A DNA stretch of 64,000 bases from an uncultured Clostridia bacterium (lineage in GTDB: Bacteria; Bacillota; Clostridia; CAKSNL01; HGM11501), in assembly GCA_934476235.1 (NCBI GenBank), contig CAKSNL010000004.1, positions 110,582 through 174,581 of the forward strand. The letters are read 5' to 3'. Below are positions 9,367-19,337 of this stretch, piece after piece. The notes beneath the pieces are model-generated. The model had not been told where the DNA came from and searched no databases. It worked only from the letters and a program-made list of their open reading frames with translations. Within the stretch, counting starts at the first letter, position 1. Each line of letters opens with the position of its first letter. The position numbers were made by a program, and so were the translations under genes.

Positions 9367-10395
9367 CTATCGAATAAACATCGCATCGCCGAAGCTGAAG
9401 AAGCGGTAGCGTTCCTTTATTGCCTCCTCGTATGCGCGCATTACGGTCTCTCTTCCGGCAAACGCCGAGATAAGCATCATGAGTGTGGACTTCGGAAGGT
9501 GAAAGTTCGTTATCAGCGCGTCCACGGTCTTAAACTTATAGCCGGGATAGATAAATATGCTCGTGTCCATTTCGCACGGGGCAACCTTTCCGTTTTCATC
9601 CGCCGCGGATTCAAGCGTTCTACACGAGGTCGTGCCGACCGCGATGACTCTTCCGCCGCCCGATTTTGTGCGGTTTATCTTTTCTGCCGCGTCCGAATCT
9701 ATGATGAAATGCTCCGAATGCATTTTGTGCTCCTCAATATTTTCCACCTTGACCGGGCGGAACGTGCCGAGCCCGACGTGAAGCGTAACAAATGCCGTGT
9801 CGATTCCCTTTTCGCGGATCTTATCCAAAAGCCCGTTCGTAAAATGAAGTCCGGCGGTCGGCGCCGCGGCAGAGCCCGAATACTTAGCGTATACGGTCTG
9901 ATACATCTCCTTGTCGCCGAGCTCTTTTTTTATGTATCCGGGAAGCGGAACCTGCCCCAGTCTGTCTAAAACGTTTTCAAAAAGCCCGTCATAATAAAAG
10001 CGGACTATTCTGTTTCCACCCTCGACTATTTCAAGTATTTCCGCCTTAAGCTCGCCGTTTTCCCCGAACTCGAAGCGCGCGCCTTCCTTTGCCCTTTTTC
10101 CGGGCTTTAAGGCTACCTCCCAGTCCGTCGTATTCTTTCTTTTTAAAAGCAGCATTTCAATTGCGCCGCCCGTTTTTTCCTTTGTGCCGATAAGCCGCGC
10201 CGGGATGACCCTCGTATCGTTCAGCACCAGGCAGTCGCCGGGATTAAGATATTCAGTCACATCGGAAAATATCCTGTGCCGGATCTCTCCGGTATCTTTC
10301 GAAAGCACCATGAGACGTGCCGACGCGCGGTCCGTCAAAGGCTCCTGGGCAATCAGCTCCTCGGGCAAATCATAGTCAAATTCTTCTAATTTCAT
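9367..10395 (-). CDS. queA: S-adenosylmethionine:tRNA ribosyltransferase-isomerase
   Basis: QueA N-terminus [19 protein letters not shown], length 342 aa. Confidence 0.9.
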   Translation of the reverse strand: MKLEEFDYDLPEELIAQEPLTDRASARLMVLSKDTGEIRHRIFSDVTEYLNPGDCLVLNDTRVIPARLIGTKEKTGGAIEMLLLKRKNTTDWEVALKPGKRAKEGARFEFGENGELKAEILEIVEGGNRIVRFYYDGLFENVLDRLGQVPLPGYIKKELGDKEMYQTVYAKYSGSAAAPTAGLHFTNGLLDKIREKGIDTAFVTLHVGLGTFRPVKVENIEEHKMHSEHFIIDSDAAEKINRTKSGGGRVIAVGTTSCRTLESAADENGKVAPCEMDTSIFIYPGYKFKTVDALITNFHLPKSTLMMLISAFAGRETVMRAYEEAIKERYRFFSFGDAMFIR

Positions 10396-10397
10396 TT

Positions 10398-11645
10398 TCA
10401 GCCTATCTCCGTATCCGTAAAGTAAAATTTCAATATATCTTCATAGGTGTAGCCCTGCTCCGCCATAAACATCGCGCCGTACTGACTCATTCCGACGCCG
10501 TGACCCCAGCCGCTGCCGGTAAACGTGAATGTGACCTCGCCCGCCGAGCCGCCTATCTTCTCCCGTCCTCCGCCGGTTAATACAAGAGAATCCGGAGCCG
10601 GCTTTGAGATGAGTCCGTTTGCGGTGAGCACCTTAACGTCCGATGCCCCGCCGGACTTTGCGACCGTAAAAAGCGTGCTTTTTAAGCTCTGCGGCATCGC
10701 CGCCCTGATATTGTCCTTATAATAGCTCTTTTTTCCTTCCGTTCCGGTAATTTCAAGCTCCAGCGCGTGGTGGTTTTCGGAATATTTGACGACCTTAACG
10801 TCGGTTATGTCGCCGATATTTATGTCCCTCTTTGCGAGCGTTTCTTTGATTTCGGACGCCGTGAACATAACAGTCCAGTTATAGCCCGAGATGCGCGACG
10901 CATCCTCAAACGGGTCCTTCTTGCCTTTTAAATAGCCAAGCTCTGCGACCCAGACGTTTTCGCTGTTTTCCGTGTATCCTCCGTTGCTCGAATAGTAATA
11001 GCACTGAACCGGAGCCCCTTTATACAAAAGGAGCTTTCCGCTCGTTTCGTCCACCGCGCGGCGCACGTTTTCACCCTCGGAGGCAACGCCGCCGTAAGCC
11101 TGACAATGAACACCGGCGCAGAGGTCGAACCCGTCGCCAGCGTGCCGTCCCATTGAAATGACCGTGTAGTTTCTCGCCGCGACCGCCTGAGCCTTGAGCG
11201 CCTCAATCGGGAAGCCCTCCGACATTTCGCGCCCGACAACTCCGTAAAGATAATCGTCAAGCTTCAAGATGTTTATTATAACGATGCCGCCGTTTGACAC
11301 GGTAAGTCTTATATCTCCGCGGTAGGTCTTCCCGGAGCATACGATCGTCTCGGTGCCCTTAAAAAAGTCCGCCGCCGTCTCCCCCGAATCTGTTCCGTTG
11401 ACCGTAAGGGTGCCGGCTTCAGACACGGTTACCGTTACGCTGTTTGAAACAAAATAAGGTCCCGCTTCGTTTTCGCCCCTTGCGAATTCCGAATATGTAT
11501 AAATTCCCCCGTCCGACGAAAGTGTAACAGAAGAGGACGGGCTTGACGGATTGATTCCGATCCTGACCGTTTCGGGCGCCGCGGCAAAGGAGCTTACTCC
11601 CATTGCAATCACAAATAAAAGCGCGGCAAAGATGATCCTTCTCAT
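10398..11645 (-). CDS. SpoIID/LytB domain protein
   Basis: Signal peptide; SpoIID-type motifs AQAVAARNY and [13 protein letters not shown]. Confidence 0.8.
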   Translation of the reverse strand: MRRIIFAALLFVIAMGVSSFAAAPETVRIGINPSSPSSSVTLSSDGGIYTYSEFARGENEAGPYFVSNSVTVTVSEAGTLTVNGTDSGETAADFFKGTETIVCSGKTYRGDIRLTVSNGGIVIINILKLDDYLYGVVGREMSEGFPIEALKAQAVAARNYTVISMGRHAGDGFDLCAGVHCQAYGGVASEGENVRRAVDETSGKLLLYKGAPVQCYYYSSNGGYTENSENVWVAELGYLKGKKDPFEDASRISGYNWTVMFTASEIKETLAKRDINIGDITDVKVVKYSENHHALELEITGTEGKKSYYKDNIRAAMPQSLKSTLFTVAKSGGASDVKVLTANGLISKPAPDSLVLTGGGREKIGGSAGEVTFTFTGSGWGHGVGMSQYGAMFMAEQGYTYEDILKFYFTDTEIG

Positions 11646-11671
11646 AATGCATTTCTCCTTAAGCGCCGCAC

Positions 11672-12109
11672 TTACTTAAGCTCGTAAGCGCCCTTTATCA
11701 TTATATATATTTTGCTTTCCGCCCTGATACTGCGCCCGTCGTTTCTCGGGCAGATAAGGTGGTGGTTCGCCTTAACGGCTTCGCCGCCCGAAATGTCGCG
11801 CCCGTCCGTCACATCGGTAAATCCGCCTGCCGCGCCCGATGCCAAAACGACCGTCCCGTCTCCGCTTCTTAAAATAGCCTCGCTGCTCGCTCCGAGTGTG
11901 ACTGTTCCTCCCTTAGGCACCTCAACGACCTCAAACGCCGCGTTGCCCGACGAGACCGCCTCGTCAATATACGGCATAACAACGTTTGTGATATAGCTTA
12001 AAGATATTAAAGGATCGTCGTCCGTTCCCGCCGCGCCTGTCGCAAAGGCAAACGCCGCCGTCATTAAAAGCGCCGTGAGAGCCGCCTTTTTTCTCTTTTC
12101 ATTTTTCAT
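11672..12109 (-). CDS. hypothetical secreted protein
   Basis: ATG at 12109 (MKNEKRKK) with an AAGAAGGGG RBS; N-terminal signal-like hydrophobic segment. Confidence 0.45.
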   Translation of the reverse strand: MKNEKRKKAALTALLMTAAFAFATGAAGTDDDPLISLSYITNVVMPYIDEAVSSGNAAFEVVEVPKGGTVTLGASSEAILRSGDGTVVLASGAAGGFTDVTDGRDISGGEAVKANHHLICPRNDGRSIRAESKIYIMIKGAYELK

Positions 12110-12139
12110 AAGCAAAACCCCTTCTTTTAAAAATGCTTT

Positions 12140-12505
12140 TCAGCCCTCATCGCACGACAAGCCGAAGCTTACGAATATCGCCTCGTTCACGCTTTTCATG
12201 CGTTCGGAATCCAAATGGCCGATCTTTTCTCTCAGCCTTCTTTTATCGATGGTTCTTATCTGTTCAAGCAGAATAACCGAGTCCTTGGTCAGCCCGTACT
12301 CCCTTGAATCGATCTCAATATGCGTCGGAAGCTTAGCCTTGTTTATCTGCGAGGTTATCGCCGCGGCGATAACCGTGGGGCTGTACTTGTTTCCGACATC
12401 GTTCTGCACAATCAGTATAGGGCGCACTCCGCCCTGTTCAGAGCCGATTACGGGACTTAAGTCCGCATAAAAAATATCTCCTCTTTTAATAACCAAATCA
12501 TTCAC
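12140..12505 (-). CDS. ndoA: type II toxin, PemK/MazF-family endoribonuclease (EndoA-like)
   Basis: MazF/EndoA core [31 protein letters not shown]. Overlaps the upstream antitoxin gene by 8 nt. Confidence 0.85.
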   Translation of the reverse strand: MNDLVIKRGDIFYADLSPVIGSEQGGVRPILIVQNDVGNKYSPTVIAAAITSQINKAKLPTHIEIDSREYGLTKDSVILLEQIRTIDKRRLREKIGHLDSERMKSVNEAIFVSFGLSCDEG

Positions 12506-12770
12506 TCTCCGATAACTTTAGCTCGTAGGTCAGAAGCTGCTCATTATCGGCAATAACGCTTTCCTCGGCAAGGCGAACATTCAGTTTTCCCATTGCAATA
12601 TAGCCTTCTTTAAGCGCCTTTGCCGTTTTATCGCGGCGCTTTGCCTTTACGCTCCCTGCAACGGATTCCCTGATCCATTTGCTCCGGCTCATGTTTTCTT
12701 CCGAGGACAGTTGATCGACCTCGGAAAGCAAGGCTTCGGGCATAGTGATCAGTATTTTTTTGTTACCCAT
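12498..12770 (-). CDS. ndoAI: antitoxin EndoAI-like (ribbon-helix-helix)
   Basis: About 90 aa; [21 protein letters not shown] is RHH/CopG-like. Position 5' of the mazF-like gene. Confidence 0.7.
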   Translation of the reverse strand: MGNKKILITMPEALLSEVDQLSSEENMSRSKWIRESVAGSVKAKRRDKTAKALKEGYIAMGKLNVRLAEESVIADNEQLLTYELKLSESE

Positions 12771-12802
12771 AAACCTAACCCCCGTTAAGACATAAATAAG
12801 AT

Positions 12803-12831
12803 ATATACTGATTATACATCTTTTTTGCCCT
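12803..12831 (-). promoter_or_regulatory. promoter of the ndoAI-ndoA operon
   Basis: Minus strand TTGACT, 17-bp spacer, TGtTATAAT (extended -10). Confidence 0.55.
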
Positions 12832-12947
12832 GCAGTCAATTACAGTTTGTGGATAATAGTCCGCCCGCTTCCATTTATGTATGAACCGAGGCTTTTTAAA
12901 TGGCAGTTTTTCCGACCCCTTCCTATTCTGCACACATTTTCCCCGTT

Positions 12948-14405
12948 TCATACACCGTATGCGGATTTTATTGCCGGCGGTATCATTTTGATAATATCGG
13001 TGGCGCTCATTGCGTTTTCGGAATTTTCCTTCGCCGCCAAAGAGCCGGCGAGGGAGTGAATATATACGGCGGCAATCTCGGCGTCCGGAATTTTCTGCGC
13101 CGTGAACGACGCGATAAGTCCGGCTAAAACATCGCCGCTTCCGCCGTTTGCCATTCCCGGGTTCCCGCCGTCGTTTATATATGCGCGCCCGTCAGGATAT
13201 GCCGTGACCGTGCGTGCTCCTTTAAGCACAACGGTGCAGCCGTATTTTACAGCAAAAGATACCGCGTTCTGCACTCTGTCCTTTTCGACCGAGGCAATAT
13301 CCGTTTTCATAAGACGCGCCATTTCGCCCGGATGAGGGGTGATTACGGAGCCTTTCAAAAGCTCCGGCGAATCGGCGAGGACGTTAAGACCGTCTGCGTC
13401 TATTATTTTCTTTCCCTTGAATTTTGACACTGCCTCCCTAACAAGATATGCAGTTTCTTCAGTATTGCGAATACCGCAGCCCAATAAAAGAGCGTCCGCC
13501 TTCGGAAAATATTTTTCCGCCTTCCCGAAAGCTTCCCTCTTGAACGCGCCGTTTTCCGACGGGAGCGGAACAACCATCGCCTCCGTCAGCTTTGCCGATA
13601 AAATATTTCCTATCGCGTCCGGCACCAGAACCGTCACAAGTCCGCACCCGGACTTTACCGCCGCCTCGGCGGACATATATGCCGCGCCCGACATGGATTC
13701 GGACCCCGTCAGCATGACAAGGTGACCGTACGTTCCCTTGTGTGTGTTTTTCGCGCGCAGAGGAATACCTGCCGACTTCACGATGTATCTTTTCGTGTCG
13801 CCCACGGTGTCGGGCAGGAAGATGTCCTTTATAACGACCTCGCCGGCATAATCCGCGCACGGGAACTGGAAAAGCCCCATCTTTGCAAAGGCAAATGTCA
13901 CGGTTTTATCCGCCCTGACCGCCGCTCCGGCAACCGCTCCCGTGTCGGAATCGGCTCCGCTCGGGACATCGACCGATATTTTCATGCCCGTCTGCCCGTT
14001 CATGTATAAAATCATTTCCTCCGCCTTTCCGGCAATCGGGCGCGAAAGTCCCGTTCCGAAAAGCGCGTCTATATATAGCTCGGCTTCGTTTGTTTCTCTT
14101 TCATAAAAATCGTTTATTTTTATTCCGAGCTTAGATGCAATCTCCGCGTTTTTGTGGCGAACCGGGCAAAGCGTGAGAATCTCGACCTCGCACCCCGACA
14201 AAAAAAGCCTTCTCGCAAGGGCAAACCCGTCCGCCCCGTTATTGCCGGGACCCGCCAGGATAACCGCGCTTTTCACCCTCGGGCACTCCTCATAAAGCGC
14301 CGACGCTGCGTTTTCGATTAAAATCTCCTCGCCGATACCGTAAAGCTTTTCCGCGTTTTCATCCGCCTTACGCATAATATCCGATGTAACCGCTTTTAAA
14401 TACAT
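12948..14405 (-). CDS. nnr: bifunctional NAD(P)H-hydrate repair enzyme Nnr (epimerase/dehydratase)
   Basis: YjeF-N domain (AGPGNNGADG) plus a C-terminal carbohydrate-kinase-like dehydratase domain. Confidence 0.85.
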   Translation of the reverse strand: MYLKAVTSDIMRKADENAEKLYGIGEEILIENAASALYEECPRVKSAVILAGPGNNGADGFALARRLFLSGCEVEILTLCPVRHKNAEIASKLGIKINDFYERETNEAELYIDALFGTGLSRPIAGKAEEMILYMNGQTGMKISVDVPSGADSDTGAVAGAAVRADKTVTFAFAKMGLFQFPCADYAGEVVIKDIFLPDTVGDTKRYIVKSAGIPLRAKNTHKGTYGHLVMLTGSESMSGAAYMSAEAAVKSGCGLVTVLVPDAIGNILSAKLTEAMVVPLPSENGAFKREAFGKAEKYFPKADALLLGCGIRNTEETAYLVREAVSKFKGKKIIDADGLNVLADSPELLKGSVITPHPGEMARLMKTDIASVEKDRVQNAVSFAVKYGCTVVLKGARTVTAYPDGRAYINDGGNPGMANGGSGDVLAGLIASFTAQKIPDAEIAAVYIHSLAGSLAAKENSENAMSATDIIKMIPPAIKSAYGV

Positions 14406-14749
14406 CCCTCTACCTCCGCAACCACAAACGCAACGGCATAATCCCCGTCGTGCGATATTGACAGGCTGAAAGAAAGCCCTTCCCCCAGCCCGTTTTTTAA
14501 ATTAAAAAACGGCTTTCCCTCATCGTAGCACACCTCCGCGCCTTTTAAAACGCCGAAAATGCCCTTTCCGACCGATTTGGAAAAAGCCTCCTTCGCCGCA
14601 AAAATTCCCGCCGCCGTTTCATACATGCTGCGGCTTTCTTTGCAGTGCTTTATTTCGCTTTCGGTAAAACAGCGCGCCATAAGCCCCCGTTCGCAAAAGC
14701 GTTTCATTCTCTCTGTTCTGACAATGTCTGTCCCGATACCGTAAATCAT
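14396..14749 (-). CDS. acpS: holo-[acyl-carrier-protein] synthase
   Basis: AcpS motifs GIGTDIV and EAFSKS; 117 aa; overlaps nnr. Confidence 0.85.
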   Translation of the reverse strand: MIYGIGTDIVRTERMKRFCERGLMARCFTESEIKHCKESRSMYETAAGIFAAKEAFSKSVGKGIFGVLKGAEVCYDEGKPFFNLKNGLGEGLSFSLSISHDGDYAVAFVVAEVEGCI

Positions 14750-15240
14750 CCCTTAAAGCTCTTTCCCATATAGCAGCCGAACGCTTCCACCATCATCGGA
14801 TTCGGGTCGATTATGACGGTTTCGCTCGCACCGTTATGCTTTCTCACAAGATAATAAAGGTTGTCCGATTTTTTTGACGGGCAAAGATATTCCCCCGCTT
14901 TCCCGGGCTCCGCCTTTCCGCCTTCGATGCACTCGGTAAGCTCAATGCTTTTAAGCCTTTTTCTGCTTCTTTTCGCGGTAACAAGGTCAATATCTATCAC
15001 ACTGTCGGTCAATATATACTCATATTCCTTAAAAAGGAGCGAAGCAATAAGGTAATACGCTCCGTAAGCTGCCGCCGCCCATATGATCACCGCGGCAAAT
15101 TTTAAATATACCGCGGAAACGGCAAAAATAACGCCGGCGATAACGGCAATAAGAGCGGATAAAATAAGCTCCTTCGCGTCCGGAACCTTTCTTACCAGCC
15201 TTTCTGAAAAAAAGCTCCTGTTTTCATTTCGGTATGACAT
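14746..15240 (-). CDS. hypothetical membrane protein
   Basis: ATG at 15240 (MSYRNENR) with a GGAGTGAGA RBS; two TM helices; overlaps acpS. Confidence 0.5.
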   Translation of the reverse strand: MSYRNENRSFFSERLVRKVPDAKELILSALIAVIAGVIFAVSAVYLKFAAVIIWAAAAYGAYYLIASLLFKEYEYILTDSVIDIDLVTAKRSRKRLKSIELTECIEGGKAEPGKAGEYLCPSKKSDNLYYLVRKHNGASETVIIDPNPMMVEAFGCYMGKSFKG

Positions 15241-15402
15241 ATTCTCACTCCTTGTTTGTTCTTCGCTTTTTTTCTTTATCGCACGCATTTATTCAGCGCC
15301 GCGAAGGGCGGCTTTTGCCGTGTGAAAATTATATCGCGCGCGAAGGCATTTTATAAATGCTTTTCGCGAAGTATATAATTTTCAGCGAGCGGCTAAATCC
15401 AG

Positions 15403-15740
15403 CCTCTTTGCGGGTGCATTATAATTCAAACAATAATGCCTTCAAGCCGGCGTAAAAATTTTTGATTGGTGCGAAAACTCTTGCTCGCAAGAAAGTTTTC
15501 GTATCATATCAAAATAAGCGAGTCCGCGCTTTCCCGGCGGGCGTATTATAATGCGAGCAATAAATGCTTGCTTGCAACGGGTTTTTGCGGTGCATTGGAA
15601 AGTCCGCGCTCTTTGCGGGCGTATTATAATGTGAGCGAAAACTCTTGCCTGCACGGGCTCTTTGCGATGCATTGGAAAGTCCGCGCTCTTTGCGGGCGTA
15701 TTATAATGCGAGCAATAAATGCTTGCTTGCAAGGGCATTT
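15403..15740. repeat. tandem direct repeat array, about 4.5 copies of a 77-bp unit
   Basis: Units start near 15403, 15538, 15616 and 15693, with a partial copy near 15840. Conserved core CGCGCTCTTTGCGGGCGTATTATAATGCGAGC plus a variable hairpin. Confidence 0.8.
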
Positions 15741-15951
15741 TTGCGAAGCATTAGAAAAGCGAATGCGCGGCGGGACCCGTCGCGCCCGGGGGCTTTTAAG
15801 CCACCGGTGCTATTGCTCTTTTTAAGAGCAATAGCTTATGAGCGTATTATACCACACCGTTTCCAAAAAAACAAGTGCTTAAGTAACTTTAGCCTCTCCC
15901 GGTCGATCCATGCAGCTTTTTGCCGAATCTTCCGGATACAATAAAACCGCC

Positions 15952-16188
15952 CTAAAAGGCGGACGTCAAAGTTATGGTCGCAAAGTCATGATCCTCTGCG
16001 ACCGGTAGTAGGTGTCCCGGTAAAACATCGTTATCTGCCAGAACATTTAAAAACTTTTCTGCTGCGGCGACTGTAATTTCCCCGATTACAACCGCCTTTT
16101 CATATTCGTTTTCACGAATTATGAAAATAAAACCGTCATTTCCCTCCTCCATAATATATTCCGTGTCTGACTTTATTATTTTCCTCAT
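15952..16188 (-). CDS. hypothetical small protein
   Basis: 78-aa ORF with GGAGGG RBS; a CCGCC/GGCGG hairpin plus T-run overlaps its stop. Confidence 0.4.
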   Translation of the reverse strand: MRKIIKSDTEYIMEEGNDGFIFIIRENEYEKAVVIGEITVAAAEKFLNVLADNDVLPGHLLPVAEDHDFATITLTSAF

Positions 16189-16477
16189 CCTGTCATCCCT
16201 CCGTATCCTCTATTAAGTTTAAACCATTTCGGAGGATTTGTCCAGTGCTTTTTTGTTTGCCCCTCTCACGCAAATAATCTGCTGAGTATCTTGGGCGCGG
16301 TAAAAACGCAAATTTTGCCGTAGCGCCCCGAAACTCGGATGCCGTTTGTAAGCGCCCGTAACAATTATTTAACAATATATGTAAATATTCCACAATATAC
16401 AACTTGATTTTGCTCCGAAGCTATACTAATATAATAAATATTACGAGTGTATTCGACATATATGTTTGTAAAAAAGG

Positions 16478-16714
16478 GTGATTTCATTGAAATATCTGCT
16501 TTTTTCATGGCTTAAACTGCGGGATGTGACCCGTTTTGTTATTATTTTCGGTGCGGCATTTTCCTTTGTCCCGGCGCTTTTTGCAATGCTTTGCCGAGGT
16601 AAAGATATCTTCTCCTCGCTCGCCCTTATCCGCGAGTCCTCACATCTTTTATCATCTTCAGTCTTTTTCTCGGTTTTAACCGAATTGATTTCAAAAGACA
16701 AAAAGAACAGGTAA
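16478..16714 (+). CDS. hypothetical small hydrophobic protein
   Basis: GTG/TTG start only, weak RBS, stop lies inside the rpmB terminator hairpin; coding status doubtful. Confidence 0.2.
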   Translation: MISLKYLLFSWLKLRDVTRFVIIFGAAFSFVPALFAMLCRGKDIFSSLALIRESSHLLSSSVFFSVLTELISKDKKNR

Positions 16715-16728
16715 AACCTGTTCTTTTA
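16700..16728. terminator. bidirectional terminator downstream of rpmB
   Basis: GAACAGG-taaaa-CCTGTTC with T-runs on both strands. Confidence 0.7.
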
Positions 16729-16749
16729 ATAAGCTTATATTCAGATAAA

Positions 16750-16938
16750 TCAGATAGCGCGAACTATCTTGCCCGAACGCAGGCAGCGTGAGCAAACCGA
16801 TACGGTCTTGGGAGTGCCGTTAACGAGCGCTCTTACCTTCTTAACGTTAGCTTTCCACGTTCTGTTGCTTCTTCTATGAGAATGGCTGACTCTGATTCCG
16901 AATGTTACGCCTTTTCCGCAAACATCACATTTTGCCAT
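16750..16938 (-). CDS. rpmB: 50S ribosomal protein L28
   Basis: MAKCDVCGKG...RSNRTWKAN matches bL28; GGAGGTG RBS. Confidence 0.9.
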   Translation of the reverse strand: MAKCDVCGKGVTFGIRVSHSHRRSNRTWKANVKKVRALVNGTPKTVSVCSRCLRSGKIVRAI

Positions 16939-17103
16939 TTAAAACACCTCCATTTCGTCACGGTAAATATTATAATAACAGATTTTAAAAGATTTTGCAA
17001 GTGTTTTTTTAAAAAAATCGAAAATTTAGCGACTTTATATAAAAACGCGCTCCCGTTTTATTCATTTCTCCTAAATTTAAAATAATATAATTGTAAAATT
17101 TTT

Positions 17104-17133
17104 TTCTTTACACCGTCTTTTTCCGATAGTATA
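17104..17133 (+). promoter_or_regulatory. promoter of the aldolase gene
   Basis: TTTACA, 17-bp spacer, TATAAT. Confidence 0.5.
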
Positions 17134-17169
17134 ATAAAGATATAAATATATTAAAGAAAGGATTTTGTT

Positions 17170-18462
17170 ATGAATTTTAAGCTTATGCACCCGGCGGATC
17201 AGCTCGTTCTCATAATGGAGCGCATCTACTCCTACGGAATGACAACTACGTCCGGCGGCAACCTTTCGATTCTTGACGATAACGGCGACATATGGATTAC
17301 GCCCGCCGGCATCGACAAGGGTTCCCTGACGCGCGACGATATGGTGCGGGTTACCCCGTCCGGCGAAATCATCGGCAGGCACAAGCCCTCCTCGGAATTT
17401 CCGTTCCACAGTATAATATATAAAAGGCGCCCGGACATAAAGGCGGTGCTTCACGCACATCCCCCGGCACTTTTGGGCTTTTCCATTGCGAGAATGGTGC
17501 CCGAAACGAACATTATCCCGAATATAGACACTGTCTGCGGCGAGGTGCGCTATGCGCCCTATGAGCTTCCCGGAAGCCGTGAGCTTTCGGAGAACATCGC
17601 AAACGTGTTTTCTGAGGGCGTTTCAACGGTCATGCTCGAAAATCACGGCGTTGTTGTCGGAAAGAGCGACCTTTTCGAGGCGTTCAAGGCGTTCGAAACG
17701 CTTGACTACTGCGCCAGAATCCAGCTTCAGGCGACGAAAATCGGAGCTCTTCACACTCTTTCGGACCGCGCGATTGCAGTCGCCGAGGCTAAAAACAACG
17801 TCCGCTTAAGCGAATTTGTTCCCGAGGGCTTTTCAAGCCCCGAAAAAGAGGCGCGCGCCTCCATGTGCTCGCTTATTAAGAGAGCGTATCACCAGCGCCT
17901 TTTCACAAGCTCGCAGGGCACATTTTCCGAAAGGATGCCCGACGGCGGATTCATCATCACTCCCTACGGCAAGGACAGGAAGTATTTGGAGCCCGAGGAT
18001 CTTGTCAAAATCCAGGGAAACATGAAGGAGCTTGGCAAAAACCCGAGCCGCAGTGTGCTCTTCCATAAATTTATTTACGATATTCATCCGGAGATAAATT
18101 CCGTGATTCTGGCGCATCCGCCGAACCTCATGGCTTTCTCCGTGTCGGACGCGGTTCTTGACTCGCGCATTATTCCCGAAAGCTACATAATGCTCCGTGA
18201 CGTTGAAAAGCTGCCCTTCGGCTCGACGTACTTAGAGCCCGAGGAAACGGCTAAAAAGCTTAGCCTTAAAACGCCCGTCACGCTTGTAGAGAACGAGTGC
18301 TGCATCGTTATGGGAACGTCGCTCTTAAACGCGTTTGACCGCCTTGAGGTTGCCGAGTACAGTGCCAAGGCGATTGTCAACGCCGAAACGCTCGGCAAAA
18401 TGGTAAAGATAGACGACTCCGAGATTGACCGCATCATTGACGCTTTTAATTTGGAACGGTAA
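17170..18462 (+). CDS. tandem-domain class II aldolase/adducin family protein
   Basis: Two successive aldolase_II domains, each with HxH metal sites (HAHPPALL and ILAHPPNLMAF). Confidence 0.75.
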   Translation: MNFKLMHPADQLVLIMERIYSYGMTTTSGGNLSILDDNGDIWITPAGIDKGSLTRDDMVRVTPSGEIIGRHKPSSEFPFHSIIYKRRPDIKAVLHAHPPALLGFSIARMVPETNIIPNIDTVCGEVRYAPYELPGSRELSENIANVFSEGVSTVMLENHGVVVGKSDLFEAFKAFETLDYCARIQLQATKIGALHTLSDRAIAVAEAKNNVRLSEFVPEGFSSPEKEARASMCSLIKRAYHQRLFTSSQGTFSERMPDGGFIITPYGKDRKYLEPEDLVKIQGNMKELGKNPSRSVLFHKFIYDIHPEINSVILAHPPNLMAFSVSDAVLDSRIIPESYIMLRDVEKLPFGSTYLEPEETAKKLSLKTPVTLVENECCIVMGTSLLNAFDRLEVAEYSAKAIVNAETLGKMVKIDDSEIDRIIDAFNLER

Positions 18463-18463
18463 A

Positions 18464-19303
18464 ATGAAGGATATTTTACTTTTTCAAAATGCCGCCAAGG
18501 TGTCCGGATTCATGGACAGTCACGTGTTTTCCTATATCAACGAGGGGCAGACGGAAAGCTTCGAGGGCTTTGAGAATTTTGACCTTCTGGCTTTTGATTA
18601 TTACGATGTCAAAAGCGACTCGGTAAAAACTCCGAAAATAATGATTTATATCGACCGCGAGGACCTTTTCTTCTTCTGCGAGAATGACTCCGCGCTTTCG
18701 GCGGTCACTCGCATGACGGATTCCTTATTTGAAAACAGGACGAACGAGGAAGCGCTTTACGCCTTCTTCGTCCGTCTCTTAAAGGGCGATATGGATTCTC
18801 TGGACGCGTTTGAGCAAAAAATCGACGCGCACGAGAACGCGCTTTTTTCCTCGTCCGAACGCGTTGCGGTAAAAACGATATCCGGGCTTCGGAAGGAGCT
18901 TTTGCGGCGCAAGCGGTATTATGAGCAGCTCGTTTCGATATTTGACGAAATGAGCGCGAACGACAACGCGCTTTTGTCCGACAATATTGCCCGCCGTATC
19001 GCAGTTTTGGGCACGAGGACGGACAGGTTTTTGAGCGCGGTCGTAAACCTTCAGGAGAATGTAACGCAGATGCGCGAGGCGTACCAGTCCCGTCTTTCGA
19101 TAAAGCAAAATGAACTGATGAAGCTTTTCACGGTCGTGACCGTTATATTTCTGCCTCTGACGCTTATTGCAGGCTGGTACGGCATGAATTTTAAGTTTAT
19201 GCCGGAATTATATTCGCCGTACGGTTACCCGGCGGTAATTTTAGTCAGCGTTGCAATCGTCATCTTGCTCATCTGGTACTTTAAAAAGAAAAAATGGCTG
19301 TAG
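18464..19303 (+). CDS. corA: CorA-family magnesium/cobalt transporter
   Basis: C-terminal two TM helices with the YGMNF motif. ATG at 18464 directly after the upstream stop. Confidence 0.8.
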   Translation: MKDILLFQNAAKVSGFMDSHVFSYINEGQTESFEGFENFDLLAFDYYDVKSDSVKTPKIMIYIDREDLFFFCENDSALSAVTRMTDSLFENRTNEEALYAFFVRLLKGDMDSLDAFEQKIDAHENALFSSSERVAVKTISGLRKELLRRKRYYEQLVSIFDEMSANDNALLSDNIARRIAVLGTRTDRFLSAVVNLQENVTQMREAYQSRLSIKQNELMKLFTVVTVIFLPLTLIAGWYGMNFKFMPELYSPYGYPAVILVSVAIVILLIWYFKKKKWL

Positions 19304-19306
19304 AAA

Positions 19307-19337
19307 GGTCGGCGGAAATTATCCGCCGACCTTTTTT
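19307..19337. terminator. bidirectional terminator
   Basis: GGTCGGCGG-aaattat-CCGCCGACC followed by TTTTTTT. Confidence 0.75.

Noticed and set aside
15580-15700. RNase P RNA fragment (GGAAAGTCCG) in the tandem repeat
   Set aside because: Only a 10-nt match, repeated within the tandem units, and no P4/P10-P12 context.
16193-16402. 69-aa minus-strand ORF
   Set aside because: It has no SD, is Arg/Leu-rich with low complexity, and lies in a probable non-coding leader region.
17077-17460. 127-aa minus-strand ORF overlapping the aldolase gene
   Set aside because: It is antisense to a well-supported CDS, with no RBS and no homology signal.
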